Below are positions 18,263 through 29,454 of a stretch of 32,000 bases of DNA, in pieces (position 1 is the stretch's first letter; the number at the start of each line of letters is the position of its first letter). Under the pieces are notes generated by a model that worked only from the letters and a program-made list of their open reading frames with translations, did not search any database and was not told the origin of the DNA. The stretch covers positions 3,420,001 through 3,452,000 of the forward strand of contig JAIZWK010000001.1 in assembly GCA_021498095.1 (NCBI GenBank), given 5' to 3'. The stretch comes from Candidatus Harpocratesius repetitus. Lineage in GTDB: Archaea > Asgardarchaeota > Lokiarchaeia > Sigyniarchaeales > Promethearchaeaceae. The translations under genes were made by a program, and so were the position numbers.

Positions 18263-20620
18263 ATGGGAATGCAAAAAGGAAAAAACCAATTCAAAGCTAA
18301 TCAAAGAATTTTGTTATCAATAATATTATTCATTATTCTGATGTTTTGTTGTAGCAACATTGAGAATTATCCAAATCTTAGTGAAAATATAAGCTTCTCT
18401 AAAGAAACATCAAAAATAGAAATGAAAAGTTACTATAATACCACTAAAATGAATTCATATGTTTCTTCGTTTACTAATTCAAAATATTCTTCTAAAAGTC
18501 CGGCTTATTGCTCTTCTCATTATGCATCTCATGATTTTTCAGAAAATATCTCCCAGTATTTTTCCCAAGAAATCCCTACTCTGATGGATAATCAACAAAT
18601 TCCAGGTGCGATTGTCTCTATAGTCAATCATTCAGATTCAATTTACCGAAATGGGTGGGGACTTGCAGATATTTACAATAATAAAAGCATGTCTCCCGAA
18701 AATACCGAAATTTCAATGGGTGAACTTTCTGCTATTGTTTCTTGGATTTTGTTTATGCAGTTTTGGGAACAAGGTAAAATAAATCTATCAGCTCGAGTTA
18801 ATACTTATTTACAGAATGGGGGATTTTCAATACTTGAGATATTTCCAACTCCAATTTTGGTCTCCCATCTAATCACTCATACTGCGGGTTTTGAAGATAC
18901 AATAATAGGAACTGAAGCTAAAGATATTAACAGCACAATTTCCTTAAAAACTTATATAAAAGATTATATGCCTCTTCGGGTTAGGAAACCTGGAGAATTA
19001 TCAGTATATTCAAATTATGATGTCGCATTAGGAACTTATTTATTAGAATTGTTAACAAGCCAATCTTTTTCACAACTTTTCCAAAGTAAAATTGCAATTC
19101 CATTAGAATTGGAGAATTCAGATTTTATTAAGACAGATATATATTCATCTTCATCTAATTCAACCCATTGTATAGGTTATCAATATAAGGAACTAACAAA
19201 ACAATTTACTGAAATTCCCCAAACGATTGTTAATGATATTCCTGCACGAGGGATGCAATCAACAGTAATTGATTTTGAAAAAATATTGCAAATATTCCTT
19301 AGTAATGGAACTTATCAAGATAAACAAATTCTTAGCCCCAATACGGTTCAATTTATGCAAACCCCACTTTTTAAAGTAGATCCCAGATTACCAGGAGTTT
19401 GTATTGGTTTTCAAGAAGAATATCACCATGGAATACGTTTATTAAGTCAATACAGTTTGTTTAATGGTATCAGCAATGCAGCCATTTTAATTCCTGAACA
19501 AAATTTAGGATTATTTTTTGTATTCAATGCAGTAACTGGAATGGAAGCAATTAAAAACTTAATTGACGATTTCTGTCTGACTATGCTAAACGGAACTGAA
19601 GGAATTAATCCAAATATTCCAGAAGATTTTAATAAACGAGCGAATCAATATGTGGGAGCATTTCGAACGGTTGAACGTCCATATACAACAGTCAAGAAAA
19701 TTTATGGCTTGCTTACTGAAGAAATAATCATTACAAATCTTGGAGACAATACTCTACGGATGAATTCAAAGCAAATTTTAATAGAAATTGGTCAAGATTT
19801 GTTTTTAAATAACCAAACAAAAGAAAAAGTGTTTTTCTTACGCGACGATTCAGGAGAAATTCTGTACTTGATATTTGAAAATTCTCCAATGACTGCTTTT
19901 GAAAAGTCAAGTGTTCTTGACATTCCAATCATACACAAGATAATTCCAATTACAGCATTAATTGCTTTTTTATCAAGTATTGCTCTGGGATTTATATTAT
20001 TAATAAAAAAAATAATGAAGAAACAAAAATCCATTTTCAACCAAAAACAAGAATTATTGATGGCATACCAACACTATTTTGGAGATCGGAATTTAAATAC
20101 TTCAAAATCAACGAAGATAGAAGAGATTTCAGAAATTGATTTAGAGAATAAAGATCATTCACTTAAAAAAAAAGAAAGGAATCATATAATTAAAATTGTT
20201 GAAAATAATTTAGAAAATGATTTAGGGAATGAATTAAGGGAAAAATCAATAGAACAGCACCAACTTACAAAATTAGAAGCATTTCAAATAATTCATAGCA
20301 AAAGAATGCAAACTCTTGCAATTATTTCTCTTATCTCAATGTCATCACTATACTTACTTTTTGCGGGAATTTATTATTGGTACGATACAACAGTACCGTG
20401 GTATCAAACTGGATACAGCCGAACCCCTATGATCTTAATATTTATTCTTCCTTTAATTGCAAGATTAGTAAATTTAGCAACATTAGTATTTTGGCTTAAC
20501 GTATGGCGCGATAAATATTGGACACCATGGCGTCGAATTCATTACGGTTTTGTATGTATAGTTGGCTTACTTTCTATATGGTGGTTGTATTATTGGAATT
20601 ACTTTGGATTTAATTTTTGA
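18263..20620 (+). CDS. Beta-lactamase/serine-hydrolase-fold membrane protein, catalytic SxxK degenerate
   Basis: IPGAIVSIV, LITHTAGFED and YSNY motifs; the SxxK position reads GELSA; N-terminal TM/signal and four C-terminal TM helices ending RRIHY...WWLYYWNYFGFNF. Confidence 0.8.
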   Translation: MGMQKGKNQFKANQRILLSIILFIILMFCCSNIENYPNLSENISFSKETSKIEMKSYYNTTKMNSYVSSFTNSKYSSKSPAYCSSHYASHDFSENISQYFSQEIPTLMDNQQIPGAIVSIVNHSDSIYRNGWGLADIYNNKSMSPENTEISMGELSAIVSWILFMQFWEQGKINLSARVNTYLQNGGFSILEIFPTPILVSHLITHTAGFEDTIIGTEAKDINSTISLKTYIKDYMPLRVRKPGELSVYSNYDVALGTYLLELLTSQSFSQLFQSKIAIPLELENSDFIKTDIYSSSSNSTHCIGYQYKELTKQFTEIPQTIVNDIPARGMQSTVIDFEKILQIFLSNGTYQDKQILSPNTVQFMQTPLFKVDPRLPGVCIGFQEEYHHGIRLLSQYSLFNGISNAAILIPEQNLGLFFVFNAVTGMEAIKNLIDDFCLTMLNGTEGINPNIPEDFNKRANQYVGAFRTVERPYTTVKKIYGLLTEEIIITNLGDNTLRMNSKQILIEIGQDLFLNNQTKEKVFFLRDDSGEILYLIFENSPMTAFEKSSVLDIPIIHKIIPITALIAFLSSIALGFILLIKKIMKKQKSIFNQKQELLMAYQHYFGDRNLNTSKSTKIEEISEIDLENKDHSLKKKERNHIIKIVENNLENDLGNELREKSIEQHQLTKLEAFQIIHSKRMQTLAIISLISMSSLYLLFAGIYYWYDTTVPWYQTGYSRTPMILIFILPLIARLVNLATLVFWLNVWRDKYWTPWRRIHYGFVCIVGLLSIWWLYYWNYFGFNF

Positions 20621-20674
20621 ACGAAAATTTAAAGAAATCTGCACCATTTACAAGCCATAGGTGTTTGAAAAATT

Positions 20675-22219
20675 ATGGCTGAAAAATTGGATGATGCAGC
20701 TGCAAAAATTCTCATGCTAATGTCACATCGGGGCTTTATTTGGGGACCTTCTCCTGAAATCTACAACCCAGTCAAAGGATCATATGAATTTGGTCCTTTA
20801 GGGAAATTGATGAAAACTAATCTCGAAAATTACATGCGTAAAAAATTCCGAAAATATCAATTTTGGGAAGTTCAATGTCCACTAATTGGTTCAGATATGA
20901 TATGGAAAGCTTCAGGACATGCTGAACGGTTTTATGATTTTATTATTCAGTGTACAAATCCAAAATGCCAACGTGTTCATCGGGTAGATACACTTTTAGA
21001 ATCTTTAGGATACAATTTGACTTCTTTTAGTGCAGATGATTTCCAAAAAATCATAAAAGAAGACAAAATTCTTTGTCCCGATTGTCAAGGAGAATTAGGT
21101 AGCGTAACAACACAAAATTTGATGGTTACTTCTCAATTGGGATTTCCTGCTTCAGAATTTATTCTAAGACCTGAAACTGCTACTACTACATATTTACTTT
21201 TTCCCCGATTAATTCAATTTTTCCGAACAAAAATGCCAATTTTTGTATTTCAAATGGGTTATGCTTTCAGAAATGAAATATCTCCCCGTAAAATGCTCTT
21301 GAGAACGCGTGAATTTGAACAATGTGAAGGGCAGATATTCATTACACCGGAACAAGAAATGAATTTTGAATTATTTAACCAAGCTGCACAAGAAAAATTA
21401 CCACTTTGGTCTGCCAAACAACAGATTGCAGGAGACGAGAACATTAAATACTATTCTTTACAAGAAGCATTGGATCAAAAAATTTTGCAGAAACCTGCAT
21501 ATGCATGGCTATTATTTTTTGCATATGATATTGTAAAAGGATTGGATATACCCCTTGAAAATATACGATTACGACAGCATAAAGATGATGAAAAAGCTCA
21601 TTATGCCCATGATGCTTGGGATTTAGAAATTAATTCTAAAATATATGGTTGGACCGAAGTATGTGGAATTCACGACAGAGGAGATTATGATTTAGGTCGG
21701 CATTTTAAATATTCAAAGAAAAAACAATTAAAAGTTCCAAGTCAAAATAAAGGTGAAAAAATAATCCCACATATTTTAGAAATTGCATTTGGATTAGGAA
21801 GATTGTTCTTCTTCTGCTTAGAACAAGCATTTACTTTTGAAGAAGAGCGTAATGTGCTTGATCTTCCCATTCAAATTACACCAATTCCATTTGCAGTATT
21901 TCCTTTGATGAAAAAGCCCGAAGAATTGAGTAAAATTGCAATGGAAATATATAAACAATTAATAGATAACGATTTGGGCGCTATTTATGATGAAACAGGT
22001 TCGATTGGAAAAAGATATCGTAGAACTGAAGAAGTGGGCGTTCGTTATGCATTTACTATTGACCATCAGACTTTAGATGATGACACTTTAACTATAAGAA
22101 ATATTGAAGATATGTCTCAAAAACGCATTCATCAATCAGACATAATTCCAATTGCATCTAAATTACTGCGAGGAACAATAACTTACGAAGAGATTGAAGA
22201 TCTTTCCCAAAAAGATTAA
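20675..22219 (+). CDS. glyS: Glycine--tRNA ligase (homodimeric archaeal/eukaryotic type)
   Basis: EIY...YEFGPLG, ASGH, LRPETA, FRNEISPR..LLRTREFEQCE, EVCGIHDRGDYDL, PHILE..FGLGR and anticodon-binding SIGKRYRR motifs. Confidence 0.93.
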   Translation: MAEKLDDAAAKILMLMSHRGFIWGPSPEIYNPVKGSYEFGPLGKLMKTNLENYMRKKFRKYQFWEVQCPLIGSDMIWKASGHAERFYDFIIQCTNPKCQRVHRVDTLLESLGYNLTSFSADDFQKIIKEDKILCPDCQGELGSVTTQNLMVTSQLGFPASEFILRPETATTTYLLFPRLIQFFRTKMPIFVFQMGYAFRNEISPRKMLLRTREFEQCEGQIFITPEQEMNFELFNQAAQEKLPLWSAKQQIAGDENIKYYSLQEALDQKILQKPAYAWLLFFAYDIVKGLDIPLENIRLRQHKDDEKAHYAHDAWDLEINSKIYGWTEVCGIHDRGDYDLGRHFKYSKKKQLKVPSQNKGEKIIPHILEIAFGLGRLFFFCLEQAFTFEEERNVLDLPIQITPIPFAVFPLMKKPEELSKIAMEIYKQLIDNDLGAIYDETGSIGKRYRRTEEVGVRYAFTIDHQTLDDDTLTIRNIEDMSQKRIHQSDIIPIASKLLRGTITYEEIEDLSQKD

Positions 22220-22821
22220 AAAGTTCAATTAATTCTTTTTTAGAAATACTTTAATTTCTAATAATAATTTTTCCTTTTATTATTTTTAATTGCATTAATA
22301 TGTGAATTGATTAAATTTTCAAAATCTTCAAATGCCAACTTAAAAAATTTTAGAAAAACAATCATTTATATTAAGAATTTCATAGTTCAAAATGAAACTA
22401 ATTTTATTTAAATATATTTCCTTAAGTCTAATGAGGTTATAGCAGAATTCAAAAAATTGAAGGAAATCCGAAAATCTTGCATCGACTATCCACAAAACCC
22501 AAATCTATCCCAATTTTAAATTTGTCGAAACATCGTTTAAGAAAAAAATATATAATTAAGTCAATAATTCAAAGAAAAATGATGGAAATGTGAAATTCTT
22601 GACCGCATTTAAGGGTTTAAAAATGCCGACTCAAATAGTAATTGGATGCGCAGGAGTATTGTCGAAAATATTGGCTCAAAAGATAGAATTTGATTAAGAT
22701 AAAAAAAATTGCTAGAGCCTCTAATAATATTTGTAAATCTAAAAAAAAATATGAAAAATTGGATGAATGAAAAAGAAATAAATATTTTGGAAAAAAAAGA
22801 AGTGATCAGATAGTCAAGTGA

Positions 22822-23697
22822 TCAAGATTCCTGTGATTCTAGGGCTTTCTCTTTTTGTCGGAACGCTAAAGATATTAATACTGCTGAAGAACTCCAAATT
22901 GCATGTCCTAAAAACAAAAAGATAAGAATTAGAGTATTAGATGCCTCAATTCCAGAAAAGATTACTCCTGTAATCCCCCAATAATATAAACCTGAAGTAA
23001 ATGAAATAATCCCCCATCCCAAAAAACGCGCTCGGCGTTTGTAATCTTCTTCCATTGGACGAGTTCTAAGAAAATTCAACTGTTGAACCATTAAAATTGT
23101 TGCAAAAGTAAAGAAAAGAACCAGTGAAAGCGAATTAACAATACCCCATTTTGATGTAACATGTACTTTTCCTGGGTCAATAACATGTACTTCAATTTGA
23201 TCAAGATATACAATTAAAGCAATAAAAATTAAAGCTAAAACGGGATAGATTTTCCTTTTCTGTATTTTTATCTTGTAATGAGAGGGAAATACAAGATCTT
23301 CTGAAAATAGAAAATCTTCATTAAGATTTATTCCCCTACTAATCTGTACTGCTGCGGCACAGTAATTCCAAGCCATGAATAATGCTCCAGGAATGGCAAA
23401 ATCACGTAGAATATTTGCATAGAATAAAGAAGGATATTCTGTTAGATATCCAGAATAAACCGCGTCTACAGAGGCAGAACTAGGAATAGACAATGGAGCA
23501 ATAACATATATAATTGAATCAAAGAACATATAAACAATCCAACCACTCAACCCTGTGATAAAGAATCGATGAAGAGAAGGGCGTTCGGAAAATTTCACAC
23601 CTTTGTATTTTTTATTAAGTGCATACACTGCATAACTATATAAAGCTAACTCGATAACCTTTACAATTAGCAAATAAACTTGATTTGTTTCTATCAT
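22822..23697 (-). CDS. Hypothetical membrane protein, about 7 TM helices
   Basis: Seven hydrophobic segments judged by eye; no recognisable family motif. Confidence 0.7.
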   Translation of the reverse strand: MIETNQVYLLIVKVIELALYSYAVYALNKKYKGVKFSERPSLHRFFITGLSGWIVYMFFDSIIYVIAPLSIPSSASVDAVYSGYLTEYPSLFYANILRDFAIPGALFMAWNYCAAAVQISRGINLNEDFLFSEDLVFPSHYKIKIQKRKIYPVLALIFIALIVYLDQIEVHVIDPGKVHVTSKWGIVNSLSLVLFFTFATILMVQQLNFLRTRPMEEDYKRRARFLGWGIISFTSGLYYWGITGVIFSGIEASNTLILIFLFLGHAIWSSSAVLISLAFRQKEKALESQES

Positions 23698-23923
23698 AGT
23701 TCCTCATCTTGGAATGAATATTGAGGTAATAAATATTTATATCATTCTTGCACTTCAAAAACTTTTTGCTAATTGTAATAATGAAAAGAAAAATGTAACC
23801 AATTTTAAGAAAAAAGCGAAATTTTTGGTGTTGAATAAATCTTTTTATTGGTTAATCTACTTTTTTGATTGAAATAAAAATCAAAGAAAAATTGATAAAA
23901 TTTCTCAAGAACATTCAAGGAAA

Positions 23924-24796
23924 TTAGTGATTTTTATATTTTATCTCTACTTTATCAATATGTTTACCATCATTATCAATAACTCGAATAAATAATTGAT
24001 TTTCTTCAACTTTAATATGAAGATAATTAAATGTCGTAATATGCAATATTAATCCAGGAGGGGTTAAATGTTGATTAGTAAGATGAGCACCTCCCCCTGC
24101 AGATACTAAATAAGTTATTCCATCTATATGTAATCGCTCATAACTATGAAAATGGGAACCGATGGATAGTTGAACACCATATTTTTTAAATAGAGGAACT
24201 AGTTGATTGATTAATTCATTTCTTACGCCGCCAACAGCACCACTATAGAGAGGTTTATGAAGGATTACGATTTTCCACTTAATTTTATTAACATTATTCG
24301 CTTTTTCCAATGTTTGCTTAACATATTCAACTTGACTTTTTCTAAGATGATTTGCATTATCATCAATAAAAATTATCAACACATCGTCATATATAAGAGA
24401 GTAATCAAGCGATTCCATGTTAAATAAGCGTTTAAAATACAAAGGATTATCATGATTCCCCCTAACGGGAAAAATTAATGTATTTACTCCAACATTGCGA
24501 AGATCTTTAAAAAAAGATGGCCAACCAAAATCCCAAAAAACAAAATCACCGATGTGAATTATAAAATCTTTATTTTCGCTTTTTATTAATTCAAGAATTC
24601 GTCTATGTACGCGATTAACCTTAAATCCAAAATTTCTATTATCGCTATACACAATAAATTCCTTTTTTTTTGGATTTGATGGCTTTAGGAAATTTTCCTT
24701 TAATATTCTTGGTGATAAATATCTTTTAACTCGTTTTTTGATTACTCTCTTATAAATATTAATTTTCCCATTTTCTTTACTCTGCATCAAAATCAT
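23924..24796 (-). CDS. Calcineurin-like metallophosphoesterase
   Basis: YSDNR, HIGDFV, RGNHD, ILHKP and SHFHSYER metal-binding motifs. Confidence 0.9.
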   Translation of the reverse strand: MILMQSKENGKINIYKRVIKKRVKRYLSPRILKENFLKPSNPKKKEFIVYSDNRNFGFKVNRVHRRILELIKSENKDFIIHIGDFVFWDFGWPSFFKDLRNVGVNTLIFPVRGNHDNPLYFKRLFNMESLDYSLIYDDVLIIFIDDNANHLRKSQVEYVKQTLEKANNVNKIKWKIVILHKPLYSGAVGGVRNELINQLVPLFKKYGVQLSIGSHFHSYERLHIDGITYLVSAGGGAHLTNQHLTPPGLILHITTFNYLHIKVEENQLFIRVIDNDGKHIDKVEIKYKNH

Positions 24797-24936
24797 CTAT
24801 ATATCTTCAAAATGTTTTCATATAATCACATTCTTATTTTCATCTGATAGCATTTTGTTCAATTCATAATTTCTCCATTTATTATTAAAGATTTCAATTT
24901 TTATATGCAATTATTCTTTATTTTTACTTAAAATAA

Positions 24937-25899
24937 TTAGAGAATTTTATTTTTCTGCGTACCATTTATCCAATTCTCTATATTTGATATTACAATATCA
25001 GCCCTTTTTGAAAATGCTTCAAAAGTTGCGAAAGCAGCATGTGGAAGAACAATAACATTTTTAGCATTTGTATAGGTAGCAAAGGATCTAAAGGTGGCTC
25101 AGATTCATAAACATCAACAGCTCCTGCAATCTTATTAGCATTCAACTGCTGTGCTAAAATTTATAATCAACAATAGGTCCGCGAGCGCAGTTAATTAAAT
25201 ATGCTGAAGGTTTCATTAGTCTTAGAGATTTTCATCAATCAAGCTGCGAGTATCTTCAGTTAATGGAAGATGGATTGAAATAATATCAGAATTCTCCATC
25301 AGGGCTTCAAATCAGTGTATTTTCCCCCAATTTGATAAATTCTGGATTTTTTCACTGTGATTATAACCAAGAATTTTACAATGAAAGAGTGAAGCAATTC
25401 GGCTTACTCTAATACCAATTGCCCCAGTACCGACAATTCCAATAGTTTTATTACTTAATTCATTACCTATTAATCCATCTCGAGTTTTTCTATTACGAGT
25501 TGCTGTATCACAAGGAATTATTTTTCGATTACAAGCAATCATTAAGCCAACAGTCAATTCTGCAACAGATTGAGTGGAATAACCTGCAGAGTTGAAATTG
25601 CTATATTTTTTCCTTGCAAGCTTCAAGATCAATATGATCTATCCCAGTAAATGCAACTGAAATGAATTTTAATTTTGATAGGTTTTCAATTACTGAACGA
25701 GGAAATTTAGTGTTTGTAATAACAATTATTTCTGCAGTTTTGCATCGATCTATAAGTTCTTCTTCAGAAGAAGCACTATTTTCAAAATAACTATATCATG
25801 CTCTCGACTGAAGTGTTTTTGAAATGTTTCCAACTTTCCTAACAATATATCTTTTGGAATTCCTAAGGGATCTGCAAACACAATATTCAATTTAATCAC
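24937..25899 (-). pseudogene. D-isomer 2-hydroxyacid dehydrogenase (SerA/glycerate DH-like), multiply frameshifted
   Basis: Across frames: FTGIDHIDL, NSAGYSTQSVAEL, KTIGIVGTGAIG, SDIISIHLPL, LINCARG, DVYESEP and VLPHAAFAT; GTG start at 25899; about nine single-base deletions. Confidence 0.85.
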
Positions 25900-26153
25900 G
25901 TAGATATATCCGAAAATCTAAATAAACGTCATCTAATTAGTCAGAATTGATAATGACATTTTATATCAAGCAAAAAATACAACTCGGTTATTTGATTCAG
26001 TAAAAATAGTAGATTATTCACAGTTTTTCAATTATAAATATTAGTTGTTTTTTTTCTGAATTTAAATAATTCTATAGTATGGAAAAAGCAGAATTAAAAA
26101 GTCATGGAAAAGACAAATTGAAATATCCTAATACTTTAAGAAAAATCACCATT

Positions 26154-28027
26154 TTAATTTTCAATTAATGAATTTATTTTTGAAAATAACCTCATAAATC
26201 TCTTCTTAGTTTCTCTCATTAATTTTTTGAATAAGTTCAGGATGTCTAAGTAAATAAGCAGCAGGGCTATAATGATTAATTTTTCTTACCTAAATATCGT
26301 TCTATTTTCCTTAATATACCATCTTTCCCTTGTAAAGAATCTAATTTTATAACAGGAATATCTTGTAGTGTTTTATTAATTAAATCTTATATAAAATTTC
26401 TGGTTCAAATAAGTCTTCAATATCAGCATTTTTAAGTGTATTATCAACAAATTCATTTAATAAGATCAACTTGTTCTTCATTATCCTATTTTTTTATTAA
26501 ATTTTCAATTTTTGGTCTTTCAGCATTAGAATAATCCCTAACCACAACAATATTAAGTTGATTTGCACCTAATAAAGAAATAAATGTACATAATTTATCT
26601 GCTCCTCCAACAGGTATGATTACCCATTTTGAATCTAATTTATGATCTTCTTCAACAAGTTCTGACATTATCCGAAAGATAAATCAAATCAGAAGGCCCT
26701 TCAACTAAAATGCAATTTGGTGCAATAAATAGAGTTTGAGCTAATTCATAACCAAGAGCAGATTGTAATGGAAAAATTGTATCTTTATCAGTTAAAAAAA
26801 TATCTTCACTTACTACTGTTCTCTTTTTATCATGATCTTCAACAGTTCTAACATTCTTCTAATTTTGATGGATCAATCATAAAAGGGGAATGAGTTGTGT
26901 AAATTACTTGATGATTTGAAGCTAATTTTTCATTAATGAATTTAAGAAAATCATTCTGTGCTTTTGCATGTAAACTTAAACCAGGTTCATCAAGTAAAAG
27001 AATTAAAGAATTTTTTTATCATTTTCAAATTTTGAAAAATAAGCCAGAAAAGAGAAAAACCAAACGAAACCTCTCGATCTTTCATTAAAAGCGACTGATA
27101 CTCGATGTCGAGTATTTTTATTCGAATATGCAAAACAGAACCAGTATTAAATGGAGGATCATCCCCTGGTTTTCCTGGTGCAATTTCAATATTCACTTCT
27201 AAATTCTGATTCTGACTCCAATATTCAAAAACCTTATCGGTAATTTCTATTGAACAAGCTTCTAAGGTCGCTTTTAATTCTTCATATTTTTTTGGTTTTT
27301 TAAGAGAACTAATTCTGTTTCTGCTTGATTTAACAGAGCGATCAAGGTTTGATCAGAATTTGTTAGTTTATTATTATTTTTCCTTTGGATAATTTGCTCA
27401 ATAGAGACTTTACCTTGAAGAATGTAATATTCACTAAAATAAAGAAATTTTGGAATAATTGATGAAAGAAACTCTTTGATTTTTGTATCAATATCTCCAA
27501 ATTTTTCATTGATTTCTTTTAAAAAGGATGAATATTTATCTTTCTTATCAAATTTGTCTACGATATCTAAGATTTCTTTAACTTCTTGATAATCATTTAT
27601 ATTTTTACTTAATTCTTCAGGAAAATCTGATCGATTTATTATTTCTTTGATAATTTCGGTTTGATCTAACTCAAATTCATAATGCAATTCATTTTCATAG
27701 CCTTTTGATAAAACTAATCGATCATCTTTTATTTTTACTCTGAATTTTTCAAAAATCTCTCTAATTTCATGTTTGTCTAATAAAAACTCTGCATATATTA
27801 CAATTTTCTTCGATTTATTTCTATTGTATTCTGCCAAAATCTACGCGGATATTCCATAGTTGAATCATAGTCATCTTTTATAACCGGATTTAATTTATAG
27901 AGCGCTTGCAAAAAGCAGTTTTTCCTGATTCATTCTTTCCTACCAAACAAGTTATATTATTAATTTTTACTATTTGTGAATTCTCAATTGATTTAAAATT
28001 AGTTATTTTGACTTTATCTAACTTCAT
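26154..28027 (-). pseudogene. OLD-family ATP-dependent nuclease (ABC-ATPase + TOPRIM), multiply frameshifted
   Basis: Across frames: MKLDKVKITNFKSI, Walker A VGKNESGKT, signature ERSRGF, Walker B LLLDEPG, H-loop TTHSPF, TOPRIM LVEGPSD, VGGA and DIEDLF; ATG at 28027, stop at 26154. Confidence 0.82.
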
Positions 28028-28177
28028 TAATTATTAAATAATAAAAACTCTTATTAAATATATAACCTTGACATAATACTAGATTTATAAATTATTATTA
28101 TTCAATTAATAGATACAAAAATTAGTATAAATTAATTATCTAAAATATAACCAATAATAAAAAGAAAAAGAAAAAAT

Positions 28178-29443
28178 CTATGGATAGATTCCGCGCATTT
28201 CAATTGCTTTAGCCACACGATGCACTGCTACGAAATATGCTGCCATACGATAGGTTACTTTTCTCTCTTCTACTAATTTTTGAACATCCTCGAAAGCACG
28301 CAGCAAAATTTTATCTAATTCTTCATTTACACGATCTAAATCCCAAAATAATGCCATCCGATCTTGCACCCATTCAAAATATGAGCAGGTAACACCACCA
28401 GCGTTAGCTAAAATATCTGGAACAACATCAATTCCACGTTCAGCTAAAATTTTATCGGCTTCAGGGGTTGTTGGTCCGTTTGCACCTTCGACAACCACTT
28501 TACAACGCAGTTTACCAGCATTTTCAGGAGTTATTTGATTTTCTAAAGCACATGGCGCTAAAATTGTACATTCTAATTCCAAAAGTTCTTCATTGGTTAT
28601 TCTTTGGGCGTTTTCATATCCCTCCAAAGTTCGATGGGCAGGATCAGAAATATAAGCGAAAATCTCATCGACATCTAAGCCATCTGGTTTATAATATCCC
28701 CCAGAAATATCAGATACTGCAATCACCTTATAACCGTATTCTTTAGCGGTTAAAGCGGTGTATTGACCTACATTTCCAAACCCTTGAATAACTATTGTTG
28801 ATTCTTCAGGTTTCATGCCATGACGTTTAGCATACTCGTGTGCAATGAATGCTACACCATGTCCTGTTGCTTGTGTTCGCCCCAATGACCCACCAATTTC
28901 AACGGGTTTTCCAGTACAAACACCATGAACAACATGACCTTTTTGCATGGAATAGGTGTCCATCATCCATCCCATTTCTCGTGAACCCGTATTCATATCG
29001 GGTGCTGGAATATCTGTTTCTGGGCCGATTACGTTAATAATATTTGCAGTGAATCGTCGTGTCAAGCGTTCAAGTTCGGCTTGAGACAATTTTCGAGGGT
29101 CTACACGGACACCTCCTTTTGCACCACCATATGGAATTCCAACACAGGCACATTTCCAAGTCATCCACATTGCGAGTGCTTTAACTTCATCCATGTCTAC
29201 ATTTGGAGCATATCGGATTCCACCTTTGCCAGGACCACGAGCAGAATTATGAAGGACACGAAAGCCTTCAAACACTTTAAGATGGCCGTTATCCATTCTT
29301 ACTGGAACGGCGACTTGAACCATTCGAGTAGGATGAGAAAGATAAGTATAAATATCTTCATTAATACCCATTGCGTCGCAAGCGAGTCGCAATTGTTTAA
29401 GGGCGTTTTGAAAGGGATTGGTTTCGGTTGACATAATATTCAT
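28178..29443 (-). CDS. gdhA: Glutamate dehydrogenase
   Basis: GPGKGGIRY, GGAKGG, DIPAPDMNT, QGFGNVG, EGANGP and PDILANAGGV motifs; the start may be the ATG at 29434. Confidence 0.97.
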   Translation of the reverse strand: MNIMSTETNPFQNALKQLRLACDAMGINEDIYTYLSHPTRMVQVAVPVRMDNGHLKVFEGFRVLHNSARGPGKGGIRYAPNVDMDEVKALAMWMTWKCACVGIPYGGAKGGVRVDPRKLSQAELERLTRRFTANIINVIGPETDIPAPDMNTGSREMGWMMDTYSMQKGHVVHGVCTGKPVEIGGSLGRTQATGHGVAFIAHEYAKRHGMKPEESTIVIQGFGNVGQYTALTAKEYGYKVIAVSDISGGYYKPDGLDVDEIFAYISDPAHRTLEGYENAQRITNEELLELECTILAPCALENQITPENAGKLRCKVVVEGANGPTTPEADKILAERGIDVVPDILANAGGVTCSYFEWVQDRMALFWDLDRVNEELDKILLRAFEDVQKLVEERKVTYRMAAYFVAVHRVAKAIEMRGIYP

Positions 29444-29454
29444 TTCCTAAATGT

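Noticed and set aside
21160-21800. GlyRS motif deviations (ETATT for ETAQG; EIAFG for EPSFG)
   Set aside because: Key catalytic Glu/Arg residues are retained; probably lineage-level divergence, and not assessable without an alignment.
22220-22820. 600-bp intergenic region with short open frames
   Set aside because: No recognisable motif, repeat or stable structure by eye.
22822-23697. Rhodopsin assignment for the 7TM protein
   Set aside because: No retinal-binding Lys in helix 7.
28468-29431. Plus-strand ORFs opposite gdhA (also 30951-31546 opposite the RHH gene)
   Set aside because: Antisense frames of highly conserved genes; no independent motifs.
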